64,000 bases of DNA, from contig CAWGMQ010000005.1 in assembly GCA_963823665.1 (NCBI GenBank), positions 1,760,001-1,824,000 on the forward strand, given 5' to 3'. A program made the translations under genes and the position numbers. Every line of letters begins with the position of its first letter. The stretch's first letter is position 1. The DNA is from an uncultured Planctomycetota bacterium (GTDB lineage Bacteria > Planctomycetota > Planctomycetia > Isosphaerales > Isosphaeraceae). This document shows, piece by piece, positions 21,269 through 40,525 of the stretch. The notes below the pieces were generated by a model. That model was not told where the DNA came from, made no database searches, and saw nothing but the letters and a program-made list of their open reading frames with translations.

Positions 21269-23519
21269 TCAGTTTGATGTGGTCGCGGCGGCGGGAGCAG
21301 CGTTGAGCTCGCGCGTCACTTTTGCGTGCTGCTCCTCGACGGCCCGGGTCGTCGGATGATCGGCGCCCAGGAGCACCTGGGCTTCGCGGGCGGCTTGACC
21401 GTAATGGCGTTCGGCCTGGAGCAGATCGCCCTTGTCGCGGTAGACGTCGGCTTGATTCGTGAGCGCGACGATGTAGTCAGGGTGATTGCTGCCGAGCGAG
21501 CACTGGATGCTGTGGGCATAGGCGTAGGCAAACTGTTCGGCATCGGCAAACTGCTTGACGTCGCGCAGGACCCGGCTCAACAGGTACACGGACCGCAGCG
21601 TGTCAGGGTGTTCGGGCTTGAGCACACGGCGGCGGTCGTCGACGTTCTGCCGAAGCACGGCTGCGGCCTGGTCGTTCTTGCCCAGATGCCAGAGGATCAT
21701 TCCAAGCCGCTCGGCAGCTTCCATTGTGATTGGATCGGAGGCGCCCAAATTCGCGCGAGCCGTCTGGAGATTAGCCCGCGCGAGGGTCTCGGCCTGTGGG
21801 CCGCGTTGCGTGTGATCGAGCAGCAAGGCCATCAGGTTGCCGGCGCGAAGTGTGTCACGATGACGTGGACCGTAGAGCCGCTCATCGAGGCGAAGCGCGA
21901 TTTCCAAGTGCTCGGCGGCCTGACGGTTCTCGCCCAGGGAGAGGTATACACTGCCGATCGTCTCGCGGACTCGGGCCTCCACCTCGGGCTGATCCTGGAG
22001 CCAACCGTGGAGTTGTGCCGCGGTGCGATCGATCATGGTGCGCACCGTCAGCTTGGTGTCTCGGGGATCGAGATCATGCGACGCCCCGGCCAGCAGGCGC
22101 CGGGTCAGAAGCTCGTTTACGAGCCTCGGCCTGATTGCGCTGGCGATCGGCTTCTCGCCATTTCCAGGTGATGCCAGCCATACCGCTTGAGAGAGCCAGC
22201 AGCAAGAGCGCCGCCATGGCCGCGAGGGCAGGGTTACGCCGGCACCAAAAGATGAAGCGAGTCACCGCGCTGGCCGGCCGCGCGAGGATCGGCAAGCCGC
22301 TCAGCCAACGATCGAGATCTTCGGCCAATGCCTGCGCACTTTGATATCGCCTGTGCGGCTCCTTTTCGAGGCACTTGAGGCAGATGGTCTCGAGGTCTCG
22401 CGGCACTCGCGGGTTGAGTAGTCTGGGAGGCTCAGGCGTCTGGTTGCGCACCATCTCGAGCGTGTCGATCAGGGTTGTGCCGGCAAACGGTGCCCGGCCG
22501 GCAAGAAGTGCGTAGAGAATCGTGCCCAGGCCGTAGACGTCGGTCGACGTCGAGATTGCGCCTCGGGAACCGCTGGCCTGTTCCGGCGACATGTACGAGG
22601 GCGTGCCGAGAATGGCACCCGATTGGGTCGCGTCGGGGCTGCCATCGAGTCGCTTGGCCAGTCCGAAGTCTGTCACGTGCGGCTCGCCATCTTCGTCCAC
22701 CAGCACGTTCGCGGGTTTCAGGTCACGGTGAAGGATGCCTCGTTGATGGGCGTGGTGCACGGCCTGTGCCACCGTGGCGACGAGACGGGCCGATGCGCGA
22801 GGGTCACGGGCGAATTCCTCGAGCCGCCGGTCGAGGCTGGTGCCGTTTACCAGCTTCATGCTGAAAAAGTGCTGCCCGCGGCATTTGCCGACCTCATAGA
22901 TCGGCACGATGTTCGGGTGATCGAGCTGGGCAACCGCTTCCGCCTCGCTCTGGAATCGAATCAGCTCGGCTTCCGATGCAAAGGCACCCGATTTGACGAC
23001 CTTCAGGGCAACGGTGCGGTTGAGCGCGGCCTGGCGGGCTTTCAAGACCACCCCCATGCCACCACGCCCGAGCTCGCCCAGGACTTCGAAGCCGGCTGCG
23101 CCGAAGTCCTGAGGCTCGTGAAGGGAGAATCCGAGTTGATCAGTGCCTGGCGTGCCAGGAATCGCGGATGATCCGATGGTCGGAGAGCGAGACGCATTTT
23201 TGCCCTCGCCGAGAATGTTTGTCGACTGGGAAGGCAATGACGCGAGCGCGTTCGCCGCAGGCGCGGCAAACTCGGGAAACCGTTCACAGTACGAGCGAGT
23301 TTCGGGCTGCTCGCCAAGCCGGCGGCGATATTCGAGATCAAGGCTCAAAAGATCGCGAAACAACTGGGCTCGAGCATTGACCGGTACATCGGCGAGAAAC
23401 TCGGCGATATCCGGGCGCTGGCCGCTGCGCCAAGCCTTCTCAAAGCGGTCGCAAGCGGCATCGATTTCATGAAGGTCAGCCAGCGCCGGCCGACCGCGAC
23501 GCGTCTCCAATTGATTCAT
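21269..23519 (-). CDS. Ser/Thr protein kinase with TPR (kinesin light chain-like) repeats; frameshift(s) near 22050-22120
   Basis: LGRGGMGVV, HRDLKPAN, DFGLAK, GTPSYMSPE in 22074..23519; LGxxHPDTL repeats in 21269..22045. Confidence 0.88.
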
Positions 23520-24121
23520 CCCGACGTTCCCTCCTCCCAGATCACACGAATGAGCCGAAGTTTGCGTTCGACGGTCCTGGTCGACGCCCCGATCTCTGTT
23601 GCAATCTCCTCGACGCTGTAGCCTTCGAGCTTTCGCAGGGCGACCTTTTGGAGCGCTTGATCCTTCAATTGGTCGAGACGTCGTTCGACATCATCGGCGA
23701 ACTGAACCGCGTCCTCAGGCCTTGGCCCGTCCTCGAGCACTTCAGCAAGGCCAGCGGCTGTGCGATCGCCTCCTTCGAGCGCCGATTCGCCCATCACTCG
23801 GCCACTTCCTCGCTTGCGACGGGTCTGGTGCCGTATCGTGACAACCGCCTTCCGCAGGGTGAGGGTCAGAAGCAGCCGCCAGAGATCATTTCGATCACTC
23901 AGCTTGGGGAACTGTCCGCCCGCAGCGCGCTGGCAAAAACTCTGAAACGCGCTGATTGCCACGTCTTCCTCGTCATAGGCCCGACGGCAATGGCCAGGGA
24001 GCTTGCCGCGAGCGAGACGCACGAGACGCTCGAAGTAACGATGCCAAAGCCGCTCGATGGAGGCTTCGTCGCCGGCCTTGATGCCATCGAGCCACCGCGA
24101 GACTGAATGCTCGTTCGTCAT
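23516..24121 (-). CDS. ECF sigma factor (planctomycete type), coupled to the downstream kinase
   Basis: LWHRYFERLVRLAR, DEEDVAISAF, LEGYSVEEIA...STRTVERKL; 4-nt overlap with the kinase start. Confidence 0.9.
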   Translation of the reverse strand: MTNEHSVSRWLDGIKAGDEASIERLWHRYFERLVRLARGKLPGHCRRAYDEEDVAISAFQSFCQRAAGGQFPKLSDRNDLWRLLLTLTLRKAVVTIRHQTRRKRGSGRVMGESALEGGDRTAAGLAEVLEDGPRPEDAVQFADDVERRLDQLKDQALQKVALRKLEGYSVEEIATEIGASTRTVERKLRLIRVIWEEGTSG

Positions 24122-24220
24122 CCCGGAGCTCCCACTTACTAGACGGCGCAAACCTCACTCAGGAACGGGTCGGAAACAACTTCCGCCGATTTACGTCAAG
24201 CGCGCCGCGGAGCGAGATAC

Positions 24221-24247
24221 CGTTCCGACGCGGAGCGTCGGAACGAG
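24221..24247. repeat. REP-like palindrome
   Basis: CGTTCCGACGC-GGA-GCGTCGGAACG: perfect 11-bp stem in the intergenic region. Confidence 0.7.
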
Positions 24248-24454
24248 GAACTTCTGCCCACTTCCGTGTGGCCGGGCGTGCGGACACCCATGGGTTAGAT
24301 TGCCGAATGGGAACGATTTCGGCCACGCAATCACAGCAAACAAAAACTTGCTGCGTGTCGGGTCATGTTCGCAGCCGGCTATTTCTACCCAGAGTCGTTG
24401 AATTATTTGTCAGCCACGGGCGGTCTTTGGCAATACCATTCTGGAGGTGTTGCC

Positions 24455-25478
24455 ATGCGACATTCGCGACGTGGTTTTACCCTGATCGAGCTTCTGGTGG
24501 TGATCGCGATCATTTCGATCTTGCTGGCTCTCTTGCTTCCGGCCGTGCAGTCCGCACGGGAGGCAGCCCGCCGCATGCAGTGCACCAACAATATGAAGCA
24601 AATCGGGCTGGCGATCCACAACTACCATTCCACTTTCGAGAGCTTGCCGCCGGTCGGAAGTGTCGATCTGAACGGTAATTCGACGGGGAGCGGGCGGGTT
24701 CCCCAGACAGCCTCGGTGCACCTACGCTTGACGAACTACCTCGAGCAGCGGGCTCTCTACGACGCGTACAATTTCATGCTGCCCGATGTGACGAATGGCA
24801 GTTCAGTTCCCGCCAACACGACCGTGATGGCGAATCTGGTGCCCGGTTATCTTTGCCCGTCGGACGGCAACCCCGGCAGCTCCGAGAATCTTGCCGTCGG
24901 CTACGGTGCCCGGGTTACCTGCGTGAATTACGCAATTAACGGCGGTGTGAACCGGCAGAATTCGGGTGGCATGGTGAGCGGTGTTGCCTGGTGGCTTGGT
25001 GGCAACGCGTTTTATGGAAACCGTGTTCGGCTGGCCAGCATCACCGACGGCACGAGCAACACGGCTGCGTTCAGCGAGTGGATCAAGGGAGATTCCGGTC
25101 AGAATTCGCCGGGGCTCAATCTGGTTTACTCGATTGCGCAGTATGCCAACGGCGGGCCGCTGAACGACTACAATCTCTGCAAAGCCTCGACGGCGCCGTT
25201 GTGGGATTTCAAGGGCGAGTACTGGACGCTTCAGGACACGGGCCGGGGCGGACCTTACTATCACGTCATGCCGCCTAATCAAACAGCATGTGCGATGTCG
25301 TCAGCGTTCGGGAACGTCGATTCGTTCATCGGGCCCAGCTCGTTTCATCCCGGCGGTGTGAATCTGCTGCTGATGGATGGCTCGGTGCGATTTGTCAAAT
25401 CGGGGGTTTCCCTCGACCCATGGAACGGCGCTGGGTACGCGGGCGGGTGGGGAAGTCTTGGGCGCCGACTCTCTGTGA
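24455..25478 (+). CDS. DUF1559 prepilin-type N-terminal cleavage/methylation domain protein
   Basis: [64 protein letters not shown]. The canonical [10 protein letters not shown] tail is in a shifted frame ending at TGA 25476-25478. Confidence 0.92.
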
Positions 25479-25703
25479 CAAGAACGATTCCCTCAAGGCG
25501 ACCGGCGGTGTCGCCCCTGATCGAGCCCGGATCCACGACTTGATCAGGTTGAGATTCCCGCGGCGGGAGCGCGACGACGCTGATTGAAAGTCTGGGCCTC
25601 TTTCGATTGCGTCAAAGGAACTCTGAGACCAAGAATTTGACGGTTGACCGACGAGCTACCTGTACAAAGATTCACATAAGTCGCCTCTGCCCAGGCGTTA
25701 CGG

Positions 25704-25709
25704 TATAAT
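25704..25709 (+). promoter_or_regulatory. Putative sigma70 -10 box
   Basis: Perfect TATAAT about 80 nt upstream of the first gene of a long + strand cluster. Confidence 0.5.
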
Positions 25710-25787
25710 CAATGCGTCGTCCAGCGTGGGTCTGAGCTCCGCCCGGTAGGCTGCTGGACGGCTCATCCTACCCACGATCGGGCCCAG

Positions 25788-28700
25788 ATGCTCCCTCAGG
25801 AGAAGCGGTCGATGCGCCAGCGAGATCACTGGTTGCTCGGGTCCCCTGCCCAGCGTTCGAATCACGAGTGGTCGAAGTTCAAGCGTGCAACTGTGGCGGC
25901 GTTATGTGTGATCGCGGCGCTTTCGGCCTCGGCGGCCACGGCGTTTGCCGGCGACAAGATCACGCTGCAGTACAACCGCGACGTCAGGCCGATCCTGGCC
26001 GAGAATTGCTTCCCGTGCCACGGGCCCGACAGTGCTGCGCGAAAGGGCGACCTTCGGCTCGACCAGCGTGACGCGGCAGTCAAAGCCGGCGCCATCGTCC
26101 CGGGCGACATCGAGTCGAGCGAGCTGATCGCGAGGATCACCGCCGCCGATCCCAAGGAGGTGATGCCCCCGCCGTCGACCACGAAGACATTGAGCCAGCA
26201 GCAAAAAGATGTGCTCAAGCAGTGGATTGGCGAGGGTGCGAACTATCAACTCCACTGGTCGTTCATCCCGCCGACGCGAGCCGAGTTGCCCAAGGTCAAG
26301 AATCGAGCGTGGGTGCGTAATCCGATCGATGGTTTCGTGCTGGCCAAGCTCGAGGAGAACGGACTGAGCCCCGCGCCGGAGGCCGATCGCCGCTCGCTTG
26401 CCCGGCGTTTGACACTCGACCTGACCGGGCTTTCCCCTGAGCCGGCCGACGTCTGAGGCGTTCGTTCGGGATCGCTCACCCGATGCCTATGAGAACCTGG
26501 TCTCGCGCTTGCTGGCCTCGCCGCGCTGGGGCGAGCACCGGGCGCGCTACTGGCTGGACGCAGCCCGCTATGCGGATACCAATGGCTTTCACTTCGACAA
26601 TTTCCGCGAAGCGTGGGCTTATCGCGACTGGCTGATCGGCGCGTATAACCGCAACCTTCCCTACGATCGCTTCACCGTCGAACAACTGGCTGGCGACCTT
26701 CTTCCCGGCAGCACGCTCGAACAGCAAGTGGCGTCGGGATTCAACCGATGCAACATGACCACCAATGAAGGCGGGTCGATCCCCGAGGAATATCAGGTTC
26801 TCTACACTCGTGACCGCACCGAAGCGGTCTCACAAGTGTGGCTCGGGCTGACCACAGGCTGCGCAGTCTGCCACGACCACAAGTTCGACCCGATCACCCA
26901 GCGCGAGTTTTACGAGCTATCGGCGTTCTTCAACAACACGACACAGCCGATTATGGACGGCAACATCAAGGATACGCCGCCGACGGTGCTGGTTCCGAGC
27001 GCGGCCGACAAGGCGCGGTGGCAAAGCCCTGCCAGGCGAGCTCGCGGAACTGCGAAAACAGCTTGATGCACGCAAGACGAGTGCGGTTGACGACTTCACC
27101 AAGTGGCTCTCGGCGACGGATTCGAATTCGTTGAATGCGATGACCCCCTCGGGCGGTGTCAAGCTGGCGGCCGTCGAATCGTCGGCACCGCTGACAGTCC
27201 GCCCCGATAAAGTAACCGAGTTCGCCGATGCAGGAGATTTTGAGAGAGATCACGCGTTCTCATTCGGAGCCTGGGTCAAGCTGCCCGCCGCCAATGTGAT
27301 CGGGTCGATCCTTGCCCGGATGGACGATCGCAACAATTATCGAGGCTGGGACCTCTGGGCCGAAAACGGGCGCATCGCGAGTCATCTCGTGAACCAGTGG
27401 CCGGCGAACGCACTCAAGGTCGTGACGAAGAGTCAGGTGCAGCCGGGCGTATGGACTCACGTGTTCGTTACCTATGACGGCTCGAGCCGGGCTTCCGGAA
27501 TGAAGATTTACTTGAATGGAGAACCGCAATCGACTGACACCCAAGCGGATAGTCTGTCGCAATCGATTCGCACATCTGTCCCGCTCAAACTGGGGCAGCG
27601 GCACACCACGGCGCGGGTTGACCAGACTGTGATGCATACCGTTCGGCTCTACGATCGGGGGCTCTCTCCAAGCGAGACAGGCATTCTCGCCGGGGCGGCG
27701 CGAGCTGCTGAGCTGCTGATCGCGCCCGCCGACAAGCGGGCAAATGAGGAGCGTGCCGCGGTCTTCGCCTGGTGGCGCGGCGCGATCGATCCGGCGACGC
27801 ACTCGCTGCGCGAACGATTAGTCCGTCTTGAAAAGGAAGAAGCCGGAATCAGACAGCGAAGCACGGTTGCACACGTCATGCACGAGCGGGGCGAGCCGGC
27901 CATGGCTCACTTGCTTTTCCGGGGTGAGTACGACAAGCGCCGCGATCCGGTGAAACCGGATACTCCCGACGTACTTCCCGGCATGCCGCCCGAGCTTCCG
28001 CGGAACCGGCTTGGCCTGGCGCAATGGCTGGTCAGAAGCGATCAGCCCCTCACCGCTCGTGTTGAAGTGAACCGGCTCTGGCAAGAGATCTTCGGCACCG
28101 GACTCGTGCGGACGACGGGCGATTTCGGGGTCAGCGGCGAGTTGCCGACTCATCCCGAGCTGCTCGACTACCTGGCGCTTGAGTTTCAGGCGTCGGGCTG
28201 GGACCTGAAACGTTTGGTGCGGCTCATCGTCGACTCAGCGACATATCGCCAGTCGGCCGCCGTCACCGACGTGAAACGCGAGAAAGATCCGCACAATCGT
28301 CTGCTCTCGCGCGGGCCACGGTTTCGCATGGATGCCGAAATGATTCGCGACGTGGCTCTTTCCTCGAGTGGAACGCTCGTCGCGAAGCTTGGGGGACCGA
28401 GCGTCAGGCCTTATCAGCCCGAGGGAGTCTGGGAAGCGGTCGCCATGCCGGAGAGCAACACCCATTTCTATCGCCCCGATCACGGCGACCAACTTTATCG
28501 TCGCGGTCTCTATACGCTATGGAAGCGGAGCGCGCCTCCCGCCTCGCTTGACATTTTCAATGCACCATCCCGCGAGGTTTGTACTGTGCGACGCGAGCGG
28601 ACCAACACGCCGCTTCAGGCGCTGGTCACGCTGAATGATCCGCAGTATGTCGAAGCAGCGCGGGAACTCGCCCAGTCGGCGCTCGAGCGCGGGGGCGAGA

Positions 28701-28951
28701 CTGCCGATCTGCGCATCGATTATCTCTCGAGGCGATTGCTGGCGCGCCCGTTCCGGTTCGAGGAGCTGGCCGTGATCAGGGTGTCGCTCGAGAAGTTGAG
28801 CGCCTACTATCAGTCGAACCCCGACGAAGCCGTGCGGTTGATCTCGGTCGGCGAATCGAAGGCGGACCCGGCAGTGGCCCCCGCGACGCTTGCAGCCTGG
28901 ACCATGCTTGCGAATGAGCTCATGAATCTTGATGAGTTTTTGAATAAATAA
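25788..28951 (+). CDS. Planctomycete cytochrome c / DUF1549 / LamG / DUF1553 protein; two frameshifts
   Basis: YNRDVRPILAENCFPCH; WGEHRARYWLDAARYAD; CAVCHDHKFDP; LamG (AWVK, WTHVFVTYDGS); RLGLAQWL, TNTPLQAL. ORFs 25788, 26509 and 27131 join. Confidence 0.9.
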
Positions 28952-29025
28952 ATCTGTCAGTGGTCAGTTGCTGGTGAAAGGACGAAAAAGTGGGCGCGAA
29001 TTTAAGAGACAACGGACAACCGACG

Positions 29026-30528
29026 ATGGACCAGCTCAAACAGTATGTGCGATACGAGACGCGGCGGCAGTTCTTGAGCCGCGGATCGAACGCGGTGAGC
29101 TGGGCGGCGCTCGCGGCACTTATAGGGCGGGACGGCCTGGCGGCGTCTGCCTTCGCCGGCGATGACGCTTCACGGGCCAAAGAGAAGGGCACGCCAACGC
29201 GTGAGAATGGACTCGCGGGCCGGTTGCCGTTTGCGCCCAAGGCAAAGCAGGTGATCTATCTGCACATGGTTGGCGGGCCGCCGCAGATGGACATGTATGA
29301 TTACAAGCCCGTCATGAACCAGTGGTTTGATAAAGACCTGCCGGACTCGGTGCGCATGGGTCAGCGACTCACAACCATGACTTCGGGGCAGAAGCGATTT
29401 CCGATTGCCCCGTCGAAGTACAAGTTTGCCCGCCATGGGCAGAGCGGCATGTGGGTTTGCGAGCTTCTTCCGTATACCTCGAAGATGGTCGACGAGATGT
29501 GCTTCATCCGCAGCATGCACACCGAGGCCATCAATCACGAGCCGGCCATCACGTACATGCAGACGGGCAACCAGGTCACGGGACGGCCGTGCCTTGGCTC
29601 ATGGGTTTCGTATGGTTTGGGATCGCTCAACGACAACTTGCCGACCTTCGTCGTGCTGGTCGCCCGCCCGACGAATACCGAGCAGTTGCAGGCCATATCC
29701 GCCCGGCTCTGGTCGTCGGGCTACCTTTCGGGCGAGCACGCAGGGGTGTCGTTCCGGAGCGGCGGCGACCCGATTTTGTACATCAACAACCCGGCGGGCG
29801 TTCCGCCGCATGTGCGCCGCGATACACTCGACGGACTCAAGGCGCTGAACGAGATGAATTTCAAGCTGGTCGGGGATCCCGAGACGCATACTCGCATCGA
29901 GCAATACGAGCTGGCGTTCCGGATGCAAGCCAGCGTCCCTGAGCTCACGAGCGTCTCGAGCGAGCCGGCTTCCACCTATGCTCTTTACGGCGAGGAGGCT
30001 CGAAAGCCTGGGACGTTTGCTCACAGCGCACTATTGGCCCGACGGATGATCGAGCGCGGCGTGCGGTTCGTCCAGATCTACCACAACAACTGGGACACGC
30101 ACTTCAACGTCGGCGGCCGGCTGCCGAGCCAGTGCCGTGATGTCGACCAGCCGTGCTGGGGATTGATCCGCGACTTGAAGGCACGCGGACTTCTCGACGA
30201 AACGCTGGTGATCTGGGGAGGCGAATTCGGCCGAACAATCTATTCGCAGGGCGGGCTGAGCCATGACAATTACGGCCGTGATCACCATCCCAGGTGCTTC
30301 ACCATGTGGATGGCCGGGGGCGGTTCGCGGCCTGGGGCCATCTACGGTGAAACCGACGATTTTTCGTACAACATCGTCAAGGACCCCGTGCATATCCACG
30401 ACTTTCACGCCACCGTGCTCAGGCTGATGGGCTTCGATCATCAACGATTCACGTTCCGGTATCAGGGGCTCGACCAGCGATTGACCGGCGTGGAACCGGC
30501 GCGGGTTATCAAAGAGTTGATCGCATGA
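29026..30528 (+). CDS. DUF1501 domain protein (Tat signal)
   Basis: TRRQFL; AKQVIYLHMVGGP; WGGEFGRT; GRDHHP. Confidence 0.93.
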   Translation: MDQLKQYVRYETRRQFLSRGSNAVSWAALAALIGRDGLAASAFAGDDASRAKEKGTPTRENGLAGRLPFAPKAKQVIYLHMVGGPPQMDMYDYKPVMNQWFDKDLPDSVRMGQRLTTMTSGQKRFPIAPSKYKFARHGQSGMWVCELLPYTSKMVDEMCFIRSMHTEAINHEPAITYMQTGNQVTGRPCLGSWVSYGLGSLNDNLPTFVVLVARPTNTEQLQAISARLWSSGYLSGEHAGVSFRSGGDPILYINNPAGVPPHVRRDTLDGLKALNEMNFKLVGDPETHTRIEQYELAFRMQASVPELTSVSSEPASTYALYGEEARKPGTFAHSALLARRMIERGVRFVQIYHNNWDTHFNVGGRLPSQCRDVDQPCWGLIRDLKARGLLDETLVIWGGEFGRTIYSQGGLSHDNYGRDHHPRCFTMWMAGGGSRPGAIYGETDDFSYNIVKDPVHIHDFHATVLRLMGFDHQRFTFRYQGLDQRLTGVEPARVIKELIA

Positions 30529-31641
30529 ACGGCGTGGCTGGTCGCGAGATTCGAGGGGGAATCGTCAGGGAGAAGGCTGACCTACTTCGGAGGTTTGGCT
30601 GGGCGGTCGTGATGATCATCGGCGGCCTGGGCGTGTGGGAATTGTCAGGGGCAACCGCCGCAGAGCCATCACGGGAAACGGTGGCGCTGATTTTCGATAC
30701 GGACATCTGTGGCGATTGCGACGATGTGCTCGCGCTGGGCATGATTCACGCGCTCGAATCTCGCGGCGCCTGCAAACTAATTGCCGTGACGATCAGCGTC
30801 GATCACGAGCTGGCTGCTCCGTTCGTTGATGCGGTCAACACGTTTTACGGGCGCGGAGACATTCCAATCGGGGTCGTGGGCAAAGGCGGCGTGGTCGAGA
30901 AGAGCCGATATCTGGCACTGGTCGATGAGAAAGACGGCGATCGGTTCCGCTACCCTCACGATTTGCTTTCGGGTCGCGCGGCTCCGAGTGCGACGGCTGT
31001 ACTGCGCAAGGCCCTGGCGGCGCAGCCCGATCAGTCTGTTGTGATCGCGCAGGTCGGGTTTTCGACCAATCTTGCCCGGCTACTCGATTCTCCACCGGAC
31101 GAACATTCGGCGCTTTCGGGCCAGGCGCTCGTTGAAAAAAAGGTGAAGCTGCTGTCGGTCATGGCCGGGGCGTTTCAAACCATCGAGGGCAAAACGCCGC
31201 TATCTGGAATACAACGTTGCGAAGGATGTGCCGAGTGCGCGAGTTCTGGCCGAGCGCTGGCCGACGGCCTTGGTTTATAGCGGCTTCGAGATCGGCATCG
31301 CCTTGCCTTACCCTGCAATCAGCATCGAGCGTGACTACGGCTACCTTCCTCATCATCCGCTGGCGGAAGCCTACATCCGCTACATTCCGCCGCCGCACAA
31401 CCGACCGACGTGGGACTTGACCAGTGTGCTCTACGCCGTGCTCGGCGACCGCGGATACTTCGACCTTTCACCTTCAGGCAAGGTGACGGTGGAAGCTGAT
31501 GGTTTCACCCGGTTCGCGCAGTCACAAGAAGGAAGCCACCGTTACCTGGTCTTGCGGCCCGACCAGAAACCGCGTGTGCTCGAAGCCCTGGTGCAGCTCT
31601 CAAGTCAACCGCCGCAGACGATTGAAAGCAAGAAAAAATGA
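30525..31641 (+). CDS. Nucleoside hydrolase family protein; frameshift near 31195
   Basis: IFDTDICGDCDDVLAL; SVMAG; EYNV in the shifted frame; RPTWDLTSVL. Confidence 0.85.
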
Positions 31642-32630
31642 CTCGGACCTGGCCTCGATGCTCGGGCTCACGTCGAGCGGTGTTCGCTCGTGCGTCTTGT
31701 ATCGCCGCGCTTCTCGTGCTAACCGGCTGCCGGGGAGATTCACCTGCGCCAAGTGTGCCGTCAGGGAGACCGAGGATCGCGCTCATCATGAAATCGCTGT
31801 CCAACGAGTTCTTCGCCACGATGGCCGAAGGCGCGAGGCGGTACGAGCGCGAGCACGCAGGTGACTTCGAGTTGATCGTCAACGGCATCAAGGACGAGCG
31901 TGACTTGAGCCGGCAGGTCGGCTTGGTCGATGAGATGATTGGTCAAGGTGTGAACGCGATCGTGATCGCACCGGCTGATTCCAAGGCGCTCGTTTCGGCA
32001 TGTAAGCGAGCGCGCGATGCCGGCATCATAGTAGTCAACATCGACAACAAGCTCGACCGCCAGGTGCTGCTCGATCAGGGGTTGAAGATACCCTTCGTGG
32101 GGCCTGACAATCGCGCGGGTGCTCGCGTGGTTGGTGACTTTCTGGCGAGGCGGCTGAAAGCGGGGGAAAGTGTGGTTGTGCTAGAGGGCATCCGCACCGC
32201 GCTCAATGCCCAGGAGCGGAGGCTGGGCTTTGAGGACGCGATGAAATCGGCAGGCGTGAAGATCGTCGACTCCCAGACAGCTCAGTGGGAGATGGATCAG
32301 GCGAATCGCATTGCCGAGGCGATGCTCACCGAGCACCCGGCTATCAAGGCCATTCTCTGCTGCAACGACAGCATGGCCCTGGGGGCACTGGCCGCGGTGA
32401 AGTCAGCCGGTCGAGCCGGTGAAGTCTTGATTGTCGGCTTCGACAACATCGAGGCGATTCAATTAGCCGTCAAGGATGGGTCTGTTCTGGCGACCGCCGA
32501 CCAGCACGCGGATCAACTTGCGGTGCACGGGATCGAGCTGGCACTCAAGCTTCTGAGGCACGAAGCCGCGCTCGATGATATGTCGACACGCGTTGACTTG
32601 ATCACGGCGGAATCGCTTGGAAAACGATAG
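31638..32630 (+). CDS. Sugar (ribose-type) ABC transporter substrate-binding lipoprotein
   Basis: Lipobox LTGC; KSLSNEFF, IAPADS, NDSMALG, VGFD. Confidence 0.9.
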   Translation: MTRTWPRCSGSRRAVFARASCIAALLVLTGCRGDSPAPSVPSGRPRIALIMKSLSNEFFATMAEGARRYEREHAGDFELIVNGIKDERDLSRQVGLVDEMIGQGVNAIVIAPADSKALVSACKRARDAGIIVVNIDNKLDRQVLLDQGLKIPFVGPDNRAGARVVGDFLARRLKAGESVVVLEGIRTALNAQERRLGFEDAMKSAGVKIVDSQTAQWEMDQANRIAEAMLTEHPAIKAILCCNDSMALGALAAVKSAGRAGEVLIVGFDNIEAIQLAVKDGSVLATADQHADQLAVHGIELALKLLRHEAALDDMSTRVDLITAESLGKR

Positions 32631-32643
32631 AGACCGACATCTC

Positions 32644-33686
32644 ATGGACGTGATTCCTGCGGCGCCTGATCTTCAAGGTGACGAAGCAACTGTAAGCTGG
32701 CTCAAACGCGCCCGCGCCGCCTCGCTGGGCTGACTGATGTTGTGGCCATGCTGGCCGTGCTCGCGATCCTCATCGTCCTCTTCGGACTCTTGAGCCGGCA
32801 TTTCCTCACGTTGCGGACGCTGCAAAGTGTCGTCAACCAGGTGCCTGACCTCATGGTAATCGCGACCGGCATGACGCTTGTCATGATCGCCGGTGGGATT
32901 GACCTATCGGTCGGCTCAGTGCTGGCGCTTTCGGGAATAGTTCTGGGAATCGCAATGGTCGACTGGGGCTGGCCGCTTGTGCCTGCGATTGCGTTGTGCC
33001 TGGTCGTGGGAGCGGCGTGTGGGCTGGCGAATGGAGTCGTCTCGGCACTCTGGTCGATTCCTTCGTTCATCGTCACGCTCGGCATGCTCGAAATTCGCGC
33101 GGAGCTGCCTATCTGGTCGCGAATTCGCAGACCAAGTACATCGGCCCGCGGATTGAGGGAGTCGCGCGGCCCGTCGCGGCGATTGGCGTTTCACCAGCAT
33201 TTCTTGGCGCAATTGTGGTGGTGTTCATCGCTCAGATCGCGCTCACTCGCACCGTCTGGGGCCGCTACGTTATGGCCTCGGGCGCGAACGAGCAGGCGGC
33301 GAGGTTTTCGGGCATTGCCACGAGGCGAATTAAACTGACGACCTTTGTGCTCTCGGGTTTTATGGGCGCGCTCGCGTCGGTGTTTCAGGTCGGGCGGCTT
33401 TCCTCGGCCGATCCCAATGGCGGGATTGGTATGGAGCTATCGGCGATCGCTGCGGTTGTCATCGGGGGGACCAGCCTGCTGGGCGGCCAGGGCTCGGTGT
33501 TTCGGTCATTTCTGGGCGTGCTCGTCATCGCCGTTCTTCAAACGGGGCTGGCCCAGGTTGGGGCCACGGAGTCCGCCAAGCGATTGATTACCGGTGGCGT
33601 GATCATCTTCGCGGTGGTTGCTGACGTCCACCGGAGACGCTGGGGCGGGGCAACTGCAAAGGCTTGGACACGGGTCATGAACGCGA

Positions 33687-33712
<26 letters not shown>
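32644..33712 (+). CDS. Sugar ABC transporter permease (RbsC-like); frameshifts near 32720 and 33095
   Basis: GMTLVMIAGGIDLSVGS, PSFIVTLGML, GANEQAARFSGI, ELSAIAAVVIGGTSLLGG. Confidence 0.88.
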
Positions 33713-40295
<6,583 letters not shown>

Positions 40296-40525
40296 CCCTG
40301 CGCGGCCCTCTGCACAAGTAGCAATCGTTGGATCAGCCCGGCGACAGTGTGAACTTGGTAGTATACACGTGTTGCCATTGGGGTGTCCACGGGTGGTGTA
40401 GATTGACGAGGCGGGCTAGCGAACAGGGATTGTGTCTTTCGCGGGTGGGTGACGCTGCCGTACCTTAATGCGTAGGCGACCCGGAGAGCTGAACTGCGAT
40501 TCAACGGAACGGATGGCGCGGGACC

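Noticed and set aside
26454..26456. In-frame TGA in the DUF1549 gene as selenocysteine or readthrough
   Set aside because: Homology continues in a different frame (GAC GTC t GAG GCG TTC = D V E A F), so it is a 1-bp insertion.
40296..40525. Possible SOS (LexA) box upstream of uvrA
   Set aside because: No palindrome matching a LexA consensus I can recognise with confidence.
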